A stretch of 64,000 nucleotides of DNA from Setoptus koraiensis (taxonomy: Eukaryota; Animalia; Arthropoda). Of this stretch, positions 1-9,711 are shown one piece after another; position 1 is the first letter of the stretch; each line of letters opens with the position of its first letter. The notes below the pieces were generated by a model that had not been told where the DNA came from, searched no databases, and saw nothing but the letters and a program-made list of their open reading frames with translations. A program made the position numbers and the translations under genes. The stretch spans positions 17,484,001 through 17,548,000 of the forward strand of contig CM106586.1 of the NCBI GenBank assembly GCA_048013815.1, read 5' to 3'.

Positions 1-1
1 A

Positions 2-286
2 AAACAAGCAATAAAACACCCCCCACAAGCTAGTTCTGAAGAATTGATGATTAACGAAGAAAGGGAACTACTTGCACAGAGAATAACGCTCCTATCGCGT
101 ATATCGATGCTGAAAGAACAGATACAAAAGAAACGAGATAGGAATGAATCCATAAACAAAGAAAACGAAAGGATCCGAAAAAGAGGCTTGGATATTATTG
201 CAGCAGTTAATTTATTTAGCAAGAATATACTTTTTGAAGAGGATATAGATATGAAATGTGAGGAAACTCTTGATCAGCTCGACTAG
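2..286 (+). CDS. 3' part of a hypothetical coiled-coil protein (frame open to the left window edge)
   Basis: The frame of ORF 44..286 has no stop back to base 2. The E/K/R/L-rich sequence (RELLAQRITLLSRISMLKEQIQKKRDRNESINKENERIRK) suggests a coiled coil. It ends tail-to-tail 36 bp from the IFT46-like stop. No family recognised. Confidence 0.4.
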   Translation, partial: KQAIKHPPQASSEELMINEERELLAQRITLLSRISMLKEQIQKKRDRNESINKENERIRKRGLDIIAAVNLFSKNILFEEDIDMKCEETLDQLD

Positions 287-322
287 TTATGTATATAGTA
301 TAATTTATGAGTCCAGATCAAC

Positions 323-986
323 CTAGATTTGCTCATCTGTGAATAATCGGAAGTGCTATGAAAGACATTTATAGATATATTGGGGGATAATATTGTTTGA
401 TTAGCATAAATCATCTGGTCGACTATTACTTTGAGTAAGTCGCATTACAATCATACTTTTTCACAAGAGATTACTATTGTTAAATAATGATATACCAGTT
501 ATTGTTACCTGAGATTTCTCAAATTCATTGTAAACTTCAAATATCGAAAACAATGACAACACCGGTCCAACAGATGGTGGAATTTTCAACAAGGCTTCCA
601 AGATATGGTTAATGGTAGACAAGTATGGAGGAAAATGTTTTTCGAATATAGATTAAGGATGAATGTAATTCATTGAAACTATTGTAACATTCGAGTTCGA
701 CCTGTTAGATCATTTGGTCGACACACTCACCTGATAGTATACTTATATACTCGACTAGAGAGCAGACCAAATCGGCAGTGGGCAGAACTTTTTCATTTGA
801 TTTGAGAAATGTCTCTACTCCATTGGGCCACTCTTGCATGAGAACCTCAACTGTTGGCAATTTATCTTTTTGAGAAATCAGTTCCATTTCGAAAGCAGAC
901 ACCTTAGCCAATTTTGCTTCTCTAGAGCGGTTGATTTTCTCAATCCATTCGTCAATGCTGGCATTTGTTTGATCTGAATTTGCCAT
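323..986 (-). CDS. IFT46: Intraflagellar transport protein 46-like, C-terminal part only; exons 986-731, 594-509, 355-323 (124 aa)
   Basis: The spliced product ...IDEWIEKI...PTVEVLMQEWP...LPTADLVCSLVEYISILS|ALLKIP...VLSLFSIFEVYNEFEKSQ|HFRLFTDEQI* matches the IFT46 C-terminus as recalled (IDTWIESI...PDIDTLMQEW...LPTAEIDCSLAEYIDMICAILDIP...SLHLLFSLYSEFKNSQHF). GT-AG introns at 730-595 (136 nt) and 508-356 (153 nt) keep the frame. Confidence 0.8.
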
Positions 987-2000
987 ATTTGTTGAATAAC
1001 CACTCTTATCAATATAAAGTTGTTTGAATCATTAAACAATAAAACTGGCTCGTTCACAAAAAGAACGTGTTCTTTACGAGATATCGTCTAAATTTTAAGT
1101 TGATACGGATTATCATTTTCACTAGAAAAAAGAGAAAAGAACGTCGTCAAGGTGACCGTCAGACGATGCGTCGATAAGCCATCCCTCAATTAGCTCACAG
1201 GCATGAGGTGCACGTAACAGGATTGACTCTTTAGAGGAACAATCCGGCTGGCGTTTTGCATTGGAATAACAGAACAAAGGTTGGGCCTTTGCCGAGGGCG
1301 ACAAAAATGGCAATTTGGCGCCGAAGAAACAGATATTGGGTGTTAGGTCCAAGCGACGTATTTTGAACTAAAAAGGCTACGCTGCCTTCCACAGTGCATT
1401 TTCTCGCACAAACGCTGCGCGTTGCTTCCAATGTGCACCGATGTTTTAAGAAATATCCAACAGAGGCGCTGCTCAGAATTCGTCCAACGAAGAATGGAGT
1501 GCAGCGCCGCCCTCGCGGAGCTTTTGTAAACTAATCTAAGTGCACCAGAAAAACATGTGCTTGCTTAAATCGCACAATTCGTGCGTAAGCAAGATTTTGA
1601 GCTTGTTTAGCGCCACAGTACAACACAGGCACACAATACTACTTTTCACTATCTGTGCTTCTGTGTTGCGCAGGTGTTTCTGTGCATGCGTCGCTTGATC
1701 CTAACACCCTATAACAGGATAGTGCCTATGGTATTTTTTTCTGGGCATGACTATTGCTCCCAAACTGGATAACTGGCTTGCGCCGCCGCCGACAAACGAA
1801 TCAGTCTGTGAGTGTGTGCGCCTACAGCACTGTGGACAAAACACTGCTTCTAGTTTTGGATTGTGCAAACTGCAACATGCACAGAAAAAATACAGCGCGA
1901 AAAAGAAGGGGAAAAAGAGTGTAGAGTGCACACACACACACACACACTGCGAATTTCTCAGTGAGAAAGCGTAGAACGCGAACGCTGTGTTATTGCGAGC

Positions 2001-2160
2001 GTGAACTAAACACCAATCCGGTGGGTATATAAAGCGGAGTTGGTCTCGTTTCGAGCAGCACTTGCAATTTTGAACGATATCTGTCAGGTCGATTTCATTT
2101 TATGAAATATCATCTTCAATTAATTATTCAAAGCAAACCCCAACAACAATCATAAATAAA
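2001..2160 (+). promoter_or_regulatory. H2B copy 1 promoter/5' leader
   Basis: CCAAT at 2013-2017 and TATATAAA at 2026-2033. The 160 bp are nearly identical to the leaders of the other two H2B copies. An E2F-like GCGCGAAA lies at 1895-1902. Confidence 0.7.
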
Positions 2161-2530
2161 ATGCCTCCTCAGCCATCAGGAAAAGCCGTCAAAAAGGCAG
2201 GAAAGGCCCAAAAAGCTGTCCGAGCTGGTGACAAAAAGAAGAAGAAGAAGAGAAGGAAGGAATCGTTCTCCATCTACATCTACAAGGTGTTGAAGCAAGT
2301 CCACCCAGACACTGGTGTCTCATCCAAAGCCATGTCTATCATGAACTCATTTGTCAACGACATTTTCGAGCGTATTGCTGCCGAAGCAAGCCGATTGGCC
2401 CACTACAACAAGAGATCGACCATCACATCTCGCGAAATCCAAACCGCTGTTCGTCTCCTATTGCCCGGAGAGTTGGCTAAACACGCCGTCTCTGAAGGAA
2501 CAAAAGCTGTCACCAAATACACCTCATCCA
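2001..2530 (+). repeat. Left arm of a ~530-bp inverted repeat (partner ~5487-6015)
   Basis: The H2B leader and CDS here are the near-perfect reverse complement of 5487-6015. Similarity stops at 2001/6015 and at the stop codon. Confidence 0.92.
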
Positions 2531-2535
2531 AGTAG
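2161..2535 (+). CDS. H2B: Histone H2B (copy 1, orphan, no canonical stem-loop downstream)
   Basis: Full 124-aa H2B ([40 protein letters not shown]...TKYTSSK). Confidence 0.99.
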   Translation: MPPQPSGKAVKKAGKAQKAVRAGDKKKKKKRRKESFSIYIYKVLKQVHPDTGVSSKAMSIMNSFVNDIFERIAAEASRLAHYNKRSTITSREIQTAVRLLLPGELAKHAVSEGTKAVTKYTSSK

Positions 2536-2749
2536 TCACATCCATAGCTAATCAAACGCCACCCTACCCCTCTCACTCATCTACATTTCTTATTCATTTG
2601 AGTTTTAAGTGTATTTCAGGAATTGTATTAGTAGCAAGATGTGTGTGAGAACTTGAGGCTTTTTGCCTCAGAAAATAATTGACAATAAATCACGCAAAGT
2701 AAATTATTTGAATCATATACAAACAATCGTGTCGTTTTATTCGTTTCCT

Positions 2750-4033
2750 TTACTTATTTACATATTTTTTAAGTTCTTGAATATTATAAACCCTGCAAGT
2801 CTTGTCTTCTGAGGCTGTCACAAGCGTTCCGCATCTGTAATAACAATCAAGAATTTGATCCTCATGTTCGTGCAGTGTACTCAATTCTTCGAGATTGTGG
2901 TTGAACACTCGAAGGCTACCATCTAGGCAAGCACATATTAGCCGATTTTGCTCATCCCAAAAGGAACGTGTTATGCCTACACCCAAATTGACTCTGTGTC
3001 TGACCACTTGTGTGGGCACGTCCCAAAGAGACACACAACCTGATACGTTTGCCGTTGATAGGTAATTGCCACAACGTGAGAAAGCAACACTCTCTACAGA
3101 GTCTTCGAATTCTTCTTCGAATTCTCCATTGTTCTCGTCATCATCTTCCTCGTCGTCATCAGATTCTTGATGATTGTTATCGTCCGGTTCCTCATCGTTT
3201 GCCACAAACACTTCTACATCTTCTTCTTCTTGATCTACATCACAATTTGTGTCATCTGTGTCATTCAGTTCGATGGCATCATCATCCTCAAGTGGTTCGG
3301 ACTTCTCTGGCACTTCTGATTTTGGTATTGCGCATTGTAGGACAGCCACCTGTCTACCCGAGCTAACGCTTATGAGTTTTGTCAAACAATTAATGCAACC
3401 TGCTGCTATAAGGGCTCCGTTTGGACTTATATCCAGAGACGTGATTTCTTCACCTTTACCCTCTATGTGATGGAGCACTTCACAAGATTTTAGATCTTTT
3501 ATCCTAACTGAACCATTATCGTAGGCAACAACAATTTTAAAACCATCAGATAACAAGCGTGCTGCCGTGGTGGAGGATCCATAGGATTGAAAGGTTTTTG
3601 TCGCCAACGGATTTGCAATATTCCACATCCACATGTCACCTTTGACTGTTCCAGCCAGAAGTACATGATCTGAATGATTATGCCATATGATCCAGTTGAT
3701 TTCATCGAGTTCAAACTCAAAGATCCTCATACCGGTGGTTGTATTTCTTACTTGGAGATAGCCATTCATGTCGGCAGTGGCAACATAGGTAGAGTTATGA
3801 CTAAAGCCGCATGCAACAACTGATTCCTTGTGTCCAGAGCATTCAAATCTCACCTGTCTAGTGGACATGTCCCAAACGTAGGCCTTATCGTCTATTCCGC
3901 CGGTCACTGCGTAGACACCATTTGGGTCTATACTACAACATAACACGGAATCTGAGTGTCTTACAAAGGGGGGATCCGAAGGGAAAGAAGGTGAAGTGGT
4001 TCCATGAGCGCCGGCTGGATTTGTACAATCCAT
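2750..4033 (-). CDS. AAMP: Angio-associated migratory cell protein / Sqt1-like WD40 protein, intronless
   Basis: WD40 repeats with AAMP-type motifs (TGGIDDKAYVW, GHKESVVACGFSHNSTYVATADMNG, WIIWHNHSDHVLLAGTVKGDMWMW, SVESVAFS, TASEDKTCRVY). A minus-strand AATAAA lies at ~2736-2741. Confidence 0.88.
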   Translation of the reverse strand: MDCTNPAGAHGTTSPSFPSDPPFVRHSDSVLCCSIDPNGVYAVTGGIDDKAYVWDMSTRQVRFECSGHKESVVACGFSHNSTYVATADMNGYLQVRNTTTGMRIFEFELDEINWIIWHNHSDHVLLAGTVKGDMWMWNIANPLATKTFQSYGSSTTAARLLSDGFKIVVAYDNGSVRIKDLKSCEVLHHIEGKGEEITSLDISPNGALIAAGCINCLTKLISVSSGRQVAVLQCAIPKSEVPEKSEPLEDDDAIELNDTDDTNCDVDQEEEDVEVFVANDEEPDDNNHQESDDDEEDDDENNGEFEEEFEDSVESVAFSRCGNYLSTANVSGCVSLWDVPTQVVRHRVNLGVGITRSFWDEQNRLICACLDGSLRVFNHNLEELSTLHEHEDQILDCYYRCGTLVTASEDKTCRVYNIQELKKYVNK

Positions 4034-4540
4034 TCTTTAAATTTTCGAAGTTTTCTTCAAGATTGGTAGCTCGAGGAAAGCGGTAATGATAGCATTTGAT
4101 ACAATAAAGAGTGGAGCATGGACAATGAAGGTGATGATTGGCAATGATGATAAGCTGAAAACCAAACCATGATGCAGCGTGCTGATCTCCACCAGAAAAT
4201 AACTCACATTTCAACTCGCCGGGTGCACTGACTCATTCTTTGCTATGGATATTTTCCATGATGCAAAGATGCTGATTGTGCATTGGCTCTGACAGTGGCA
4301 GGCGCACATTTGCTCGCAGAAATTCCAGAAATATCCCTAGATTCAATCGCCATTGTGGCGGGAAAACAGATCAGTTAGGATTCTCAGCTTGAGGAGCTCA
4401 CTTTTTCAGATTTGCACTGACACATTTTCCCCTGTTTCCAAATATCCATTACTCAGAACCTAGCGTTTATGTTTGAGTTGGAACTTCCCAGAACCAAATT
4501 CTAATCATGATTCATTGAAGAGACTCTATAAGTCATTGGT
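4034..4540. promoter_or_regulatory. Bidirectional AAMP/MRM2 promoter region
   Basis: 507-bp gap between head-to-head start codons, with an E2F consensus GCGGGAAA at 4358-4365. Confidence 0.5.
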
Positions 4541-5278
4541 ATGGCGCAAAAACGTGTTGTTTTGTCCTCCACTAGATGCCTACAAAACGCCTCCAAATTC
4601 TACTCCTCCAGCTCGAATACCTGGATGGAGCGCCAAAAGAAAGACATCTACGTCAAAATGTCCCGGTACGAAAACTACAGAGCTAGGAGTGCATTCAAAC
4701 TCAAACAATTGGATGATAGATACAAATTTCTTAAGCCAGGCCTATCAGTGATAGATGTCGGGGCAGCTCCAGGTTCGTGGACCCAGGTTTTGTGTGAACG
4801 ACTCAAACTGGAGAAGAACGATGAACATAGAGCCAAAGTAAGCCCTGGCAATGGAATGTGTATTGCAATAGATATACAGCCAATAGCCCCTGTTGATGGC
4901 GCCATTTGTATCGGGAATGCCGACTTTACTTCCCCATTCACTCAAGCCAAGCTGATATCTTGGCTGGACAATGCTAAACTCGACGTAATTCTCAGTGATA
5001 TGGCACCGCCATGCAGCGGAAACAAAGGACATGACCATCAGAATATAGTGAAACTGAATTATAGGTTGATGAGTTTTGCCCATCAAGTTTTAAAGCCACA
5101 AACTGGATGGTTGGTTTCCAAGATTTGGGATGGGAACGAAACATCAGAACTGTTTAAAGATTTAGAATTGATGTTTGATCATGTGTGCCTTCACAAGCCA
5201 CACGCCAGTAGATCGGATTCTTCCGAGTCATATTTAATTTGTAAAGGTTTCAAAATAAGCGAGACTAGAGGTAAATAA
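4541..5278 (+). CDS. MRM2: Mitochondrial rRNA 2'-O-methyltransferase MRM2/FTSJ2 (RrmJ family), intronless
   Basis: YRARSAFKL, SAM-binding IDVGAAPGSW, SDMAP, VSKIW and SRSDSSESY give the K-D-K-E tetrad. The basic, Ser-rich N-terminus resembles a presequence, and WMERQKKDIYVK is typical of MRM2. Confidence 0.92.
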   Translation: MAQKRVVLSSTRCLQNASKFYSSSSNTWMERQKKDIYVKMSRYENYRARSAFKLKQLDDRYKFLKPGLSVIDVGAAPGSWTQVLCERLKLEKNDEHRAKVSPGNGMCIAIDIQPIAPVDGAICIGNADFTSPFTQAKLISWLDNAKLDVILSDMAPPCSGNKGHDHQNIVKLNYRLMSFAHQVLKPQTGWLVSKIWDGNETSELFKDLELMFDHVCLHKPHASRSDSSESYLICKGFKISETRGK

Positions 5279-5391
5279 AGGATTGTAGAATGTTTATTGA
5301 AAACGACCAGTTGAGGCCTCAATCATGACCTGTTGAGGGATTCTTAAATATCTTAGGCTCTCTTAGTTCGCTCACTTATTTACAGTTATTT

Positions 5392-5407
5392 GGCCCTGAT
5401 AAGGGCC
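5392..5407 (-). terminator. Histone 3' stem-loop of H2B copy 2 (GGCCCT-TATC-AGGGCC)
   Basis: 6-bp stem and 4-nt loop with an AAAA 5' flank, ~75 nt after the stop. An AATAAA lies ~100 nt further downstream (plus-strand tttatt, ~5293-5298). Confidence 0.9.
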
Positions 5408-5481
5408 TTTTGGTTACAGTCAATGTACATGGATACTGACTAACTAGACAGATCTCGATATTATGAACTCAATGGGAGAGT

Positions 5482-5856
5482 TTATTTAGAAGAAGTGTAT
5501 TTGGTGACGGCCTTTGTTCCTTCAGAGACGGCGTGTTTAGCCAACTCTCCGGGCAATAGGAGACGAACAGCGGTTTGGATTTCGCGAGATGTGATGGTCG
5601 ATCTCTTGTTGTAGTGGGCCAATCGGCTTGCTTCGGCAGCAATACGCTCGAAAATGTCGTTGACAAATGAGTTCATGATAGACATGGCTTTGGATGAGAC
5701 ACCAGTGTCTGGGTGGACTTGCTTCAACACCTTGTAGATGTAGATGGAGAACGATTCCTTCCTTCTCTTCTTCTTCTTCTTTTTGTCACCAGCTCGGACA
5801 GCTTTTTGGGCCTTTCCTGCCTTTTTGACGGCTTTTCCTGATGGCTGAGGAGGCAT
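5482..5856 (-). CDS. H2B: Histone H2B (copy 2)
   Basis: Protein identical to copy 1. Confidence 0.99.
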   Translation of the reverse strand: MPPQPSGKAVKKAGKAQKAVRAGDKKKKKKRRKESFSIYIYKVLKQVHPDTGVSSKAMSIMNSFVNDIFERIAAEASRLAHYNKRSTITSREIQTAVRLLLPGELAKHAVSEGTKAVTKYTSSK

Positions 5857-6860
<1,004 letters not shown>

Positions 6861-6970
6861 GCGGACTGAATCCCTTAAACATTATGATTGGGACTAACAA
6901 AAAAATAAATTGTAAATAGTTTTAACACAGATTATGCTCGTTTGATCGGGTTTACTATCACGTGCACAAC

Positions 6971-6986
6971 GGCCCTTTTAAGGGCC
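6971..6986 (+). terminator. Histone 3' stem-loop of H2A copy 1 (GGCCCT-TTTA-AGGGCC)
   Basis: Canonical geometry, with AAC 5' flank and AAAT 3' flank, 110 nt after the stop. Confidence 0.92.
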
Positions 6987-7152
6987 AAATTCAATCATGA
7001 GTGAAATAGAAGAGCTTAAGTTTTGTGACCTCCGACCGGAATTTGGCCGTGTGCTGCCGAATTGGAATTTGTAAATATATATCAAGACCGTTATAATTCT
7101 TAAATAAAATATTGACTATTTATTCGTGAACTATCATAACTCGTGCCAAGCC

Positions 7153-9711
7153 TCAATCATATCTTCTCGTTAATTCTTCCTGAGTCTTTCCAGATTTAGC
7201 TCTCGGAAGCTTTTTCGGCTTTAGGCTCTGCATGTATTCTTTCGTATAATACATTGGCGCAATCTCTCTCAACCATTCCGGTTCGATTACACTACTCGTT
7301 CGCAAATATTCCTTGGTCGTTTCCAATATTTCATTGTACATGATACATTCCGGTTGAACCTCGAACAGCGAGGAATGGGGATGGATGTAAACAGTCTGAT
7401 TCTTTTTGTATGTTCTATAGGACCCTATCTGTCGTGTGGAATGGGCGGCATTATAGAAAAACCCAGACAACAATGCTTTTCTTATACCGATTGTATCTCT
7501 CTTATTCTTGTTTGACTTGATCTTGATTTCGGCACGCTCCATCAGTGCAACCAATTGATCTCGAACATCTCTCGCTCGACACATGGAACGATATTGAACG
7601 AAACTCTCGTTGCACCATTGTTTACTAAAATTGCTCTCAGCCCATTTTTCATATACTTTCAGGAGAGTTACATGATCGCCACAGGGAGAAAAGAAACCTT
7701 TCTTGGAAGTATCAGCATGAAGAGCTTTATCTTTGGGACGGAAAAATATGGAACCGTTCACATTGAGCATAGATATTATTGTCATTATCTCTTCGCTACA
7801 CTCATATTTTTCAGACACAATTAGAGCTTTCGACATCATAGGATCCAAAGGAAACTCCGCCATCTTTTCTCCTATCCAAGTGAGCTCACCCTTGTCATCC
7901 AAAGCTTGGAGGGCAAACAACTGTTCCAACGCCAGTACGAGTGACTGTCCCTTCGGTCTATCAAGATAGGGAAAGCCTAGTATATCTTCCACGCGCATAG
8001 TTTTGAGTAGAAGAACAACGTTACTGAGATTCACCCGTTGTATCTCCGGTGCGGGATTTTCTTCAAATTCTTCTTCGAACTGCTGTTTCGTGTACAACCT
8101 AAAACACTTCCCCGGGGCGACACGTCCCGCTCTTCCTTTTCGTTGATCAGCATTAGCTTTGGATATGGCCGTTATTTTGAGAGATTCGATACGAGTGTTT
8201 GGATCAAAATTGTTTTGTTTACAAAATCCGGGGTCAATGACATAAATTATACCATCGATGGTAAGAGAGGTTTCAGCTATGTTGGTAGCTAAGACAACTT
8301 TTCGTGCACCTTCAGGTGTTCGTTCGAATACTTTCGCTTGTAGATCTGTTGGAAGATTAGCATATATGGGTCGTATAATAAGTTCGTGACATTCAGAGCC
8401 TAACTTGCGCATCTTTTCCTGGATAGCTTTCTCTACAGTTTCTATCTCTTCTTGACCCGGAAGGAAGACAAGAATGTCACCTAAAGGTTGAGTTAAATGT
8501 ATCTGAAAAACTGTTGACACACAAGCCTCAAGATAATCTCCTACAGATGAGTTTGCGAAGTATATGTCGACTGGAAATCGTCGTCCAGGTATTTTGAATA
8601 TAGGAGCTCCACTAAAGAAACTACTGAATTTCTCTTGGTCCAGTGTGGCACTTGATATAATAACACGAAAGTCCTTCCTAACTTTGATGATATCCTGAAT
8701 CAGACCGAACAAGATATCGGTGTGCAGAGTTCGCTCGTGGGCCTCGTCGATAATCATCACAGAATAATTCTCCAGAGTTGGATTGTCTAAAAATTCTCTC
8801 AGTAACATACCATCAGTCATGTATTTTATCAATGTGCCCTCGCTGGTACAATCCTCAAACCGTATACTATAACCAACCGAGTGCCCTAGTTTGGTGTCCA
8901 TCTCTCTGGCGACTCTGGCAGCTACAGACATAGCTGCAACTCTTCTAGGTTGAGTGCAACCAATCTTTTTGATAGCACCCCGCTCTTGATCATATTCGGT
9001 GAATTTAGCCTCATGCAAGTATTGGGGTATTTGCGTTGTTTTACCACATCCGGTTTCACCTTGGATGATAACAACTTGATTCTCTCTAATAGCTTTAATG
9101 AGTTCTTCTTTGTAAAGATACACTGGTAGAGACTTTCTAACTTCCTGTATTGAGCGATTGGCGGCCAATTTGGCCTCTCGCTGAATTTGTTTGGGATCCT
9201 TCCTGAAATCTTCAATATTAAAGCCCGGATCGCGTATCAGCTCCTCAAACTCTAGCTTCTCATCAACAATATAATCATAACTCTTCTTCTCTATTTTTCT
9301 ATCTCTAGCTCCAAATCTCAGATCGGCTATATTGAGTCTTTCCTCCTCCCATCGCCTCTGTTCACCTCCAGGCTGTTGATCTCTATCATTAAAGTCATCT
9401 TCATCGAGAGGTTTATCTTGGGGCATGCGATATTGTTGTACTTTGAGCATATCACTGGCATTCTTTCTATCTTTGGCCAATTTGAGTATTGTCTCTTTGT
9501 TGTCAAGACTCTTTTTCTCCCTTTTTGTCAATTCCTCTTGATTGAACAGTATTTTTTCATCTCTGACAGTATCCTCAAGGAGTTTGAGTTTCTTCTCTTC
9601 CCGTTTATCGAGGTATTCATGCCTGGATTTTTCCCTCAGCTTGTTGATTGCCCGCTCTCTATCCTTAGAGGCATCATCTGGCATACTGCGACCTGGTTTG
9701 TGTGACGACAT
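7153..9711 (-). CDS. DHX16: Pre-mRNA splicing factor DEAH-box helicase DHX16/Prp2, intronless, 852 aa
   Basis: GETGCGKTTQIPQYL, TQPRRVAA, IIDEAHERT, SSAT, LATNIAETSLTI, QRKGRAGR and HA2/OB-fold C-terminus. The N-terminal LREKSRHEYLDKRE and EQRRWEEERL motifs are DHX16-specific as recalled. Confidence 0.93.
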   Translation of the reverse strand: MSSHKPGRSMPDDASKDRERAINKLREKSRHEYLDKREEKKLKLLEDTVRDEKILFNQEELTKREKKSLDNKETILKLAKDRKNASDMLKVQQYRMPQDKPLDEDDFNDRDQQPGGEQRRWEEERLNIADLRFGARDRKIEKKSYDYIVDEKLEFEELIRDPGFNIEDFRKDPKQIQREAKLAANRSIQEVRKSLPVYLYKEELIKAIRENQVVIIQGETGCGKTTQIPQYLHEAKFTEYDQERGAIKKIGCTQPRRVAAMSVAARVAREMDTKLGHSVGYSIRFEDCTSEGTLIKYMTDGMLLREFLDNPTLENYSVMIIDEAHERTLHTDILFGLIQDIIKVRKDFRVIISSATLDQEKFSSFFSGAPIFKIPGRRFPVDIYFANSSVGDYLEACVSTVFQIHLTQPLGDILVFLPGQEEIETVEKAIQEKMRKLGSECHELIIRPIYANLPTDLQAKVFERTPEGARKVVLATNIAETSLTIDGIIYVIDPGFCKQNNFDPNTRIESLKITAISKANADQRKGRAGRVAPGKCFRLYTKQQFEEEFEENPAPEIQRVNLSNVVLLLKTMRVEDILGFPYLDRPKGQSLVLALEQLFALQALDDKGELTWIGEKMAEFPLDPMMSKALIVSEKYECSEEIMTIISMLNVNGSIFFRPKDKALHADTSKKGFFSPCGDHVTLLKVYEKWAESNFSKQWCNESFVQYRSMCRARDVRDQLVALMERAEIKIKSNKNKRDTIGIRKALLSGFFYNAAHSTRQIGSYRTYKKNQTVYIHPHSSLFEVQPECIMYNEILETTKEYLRTSSVIEPEWLREIAPMYYTKEYMQSLKPKKLPRAKSGKTQEELTRRYD

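Noticed and set aside
1120-1400. Minus-strand Sm-site-like ATTTTTG (1301-1308), terminal hairpin and T-run suggesting an snRNA or Pol III RNA
   Set aside because: Only scattered short matches to U4. No U1/U2/U4/U5/U6 core motifs in the right spacing.
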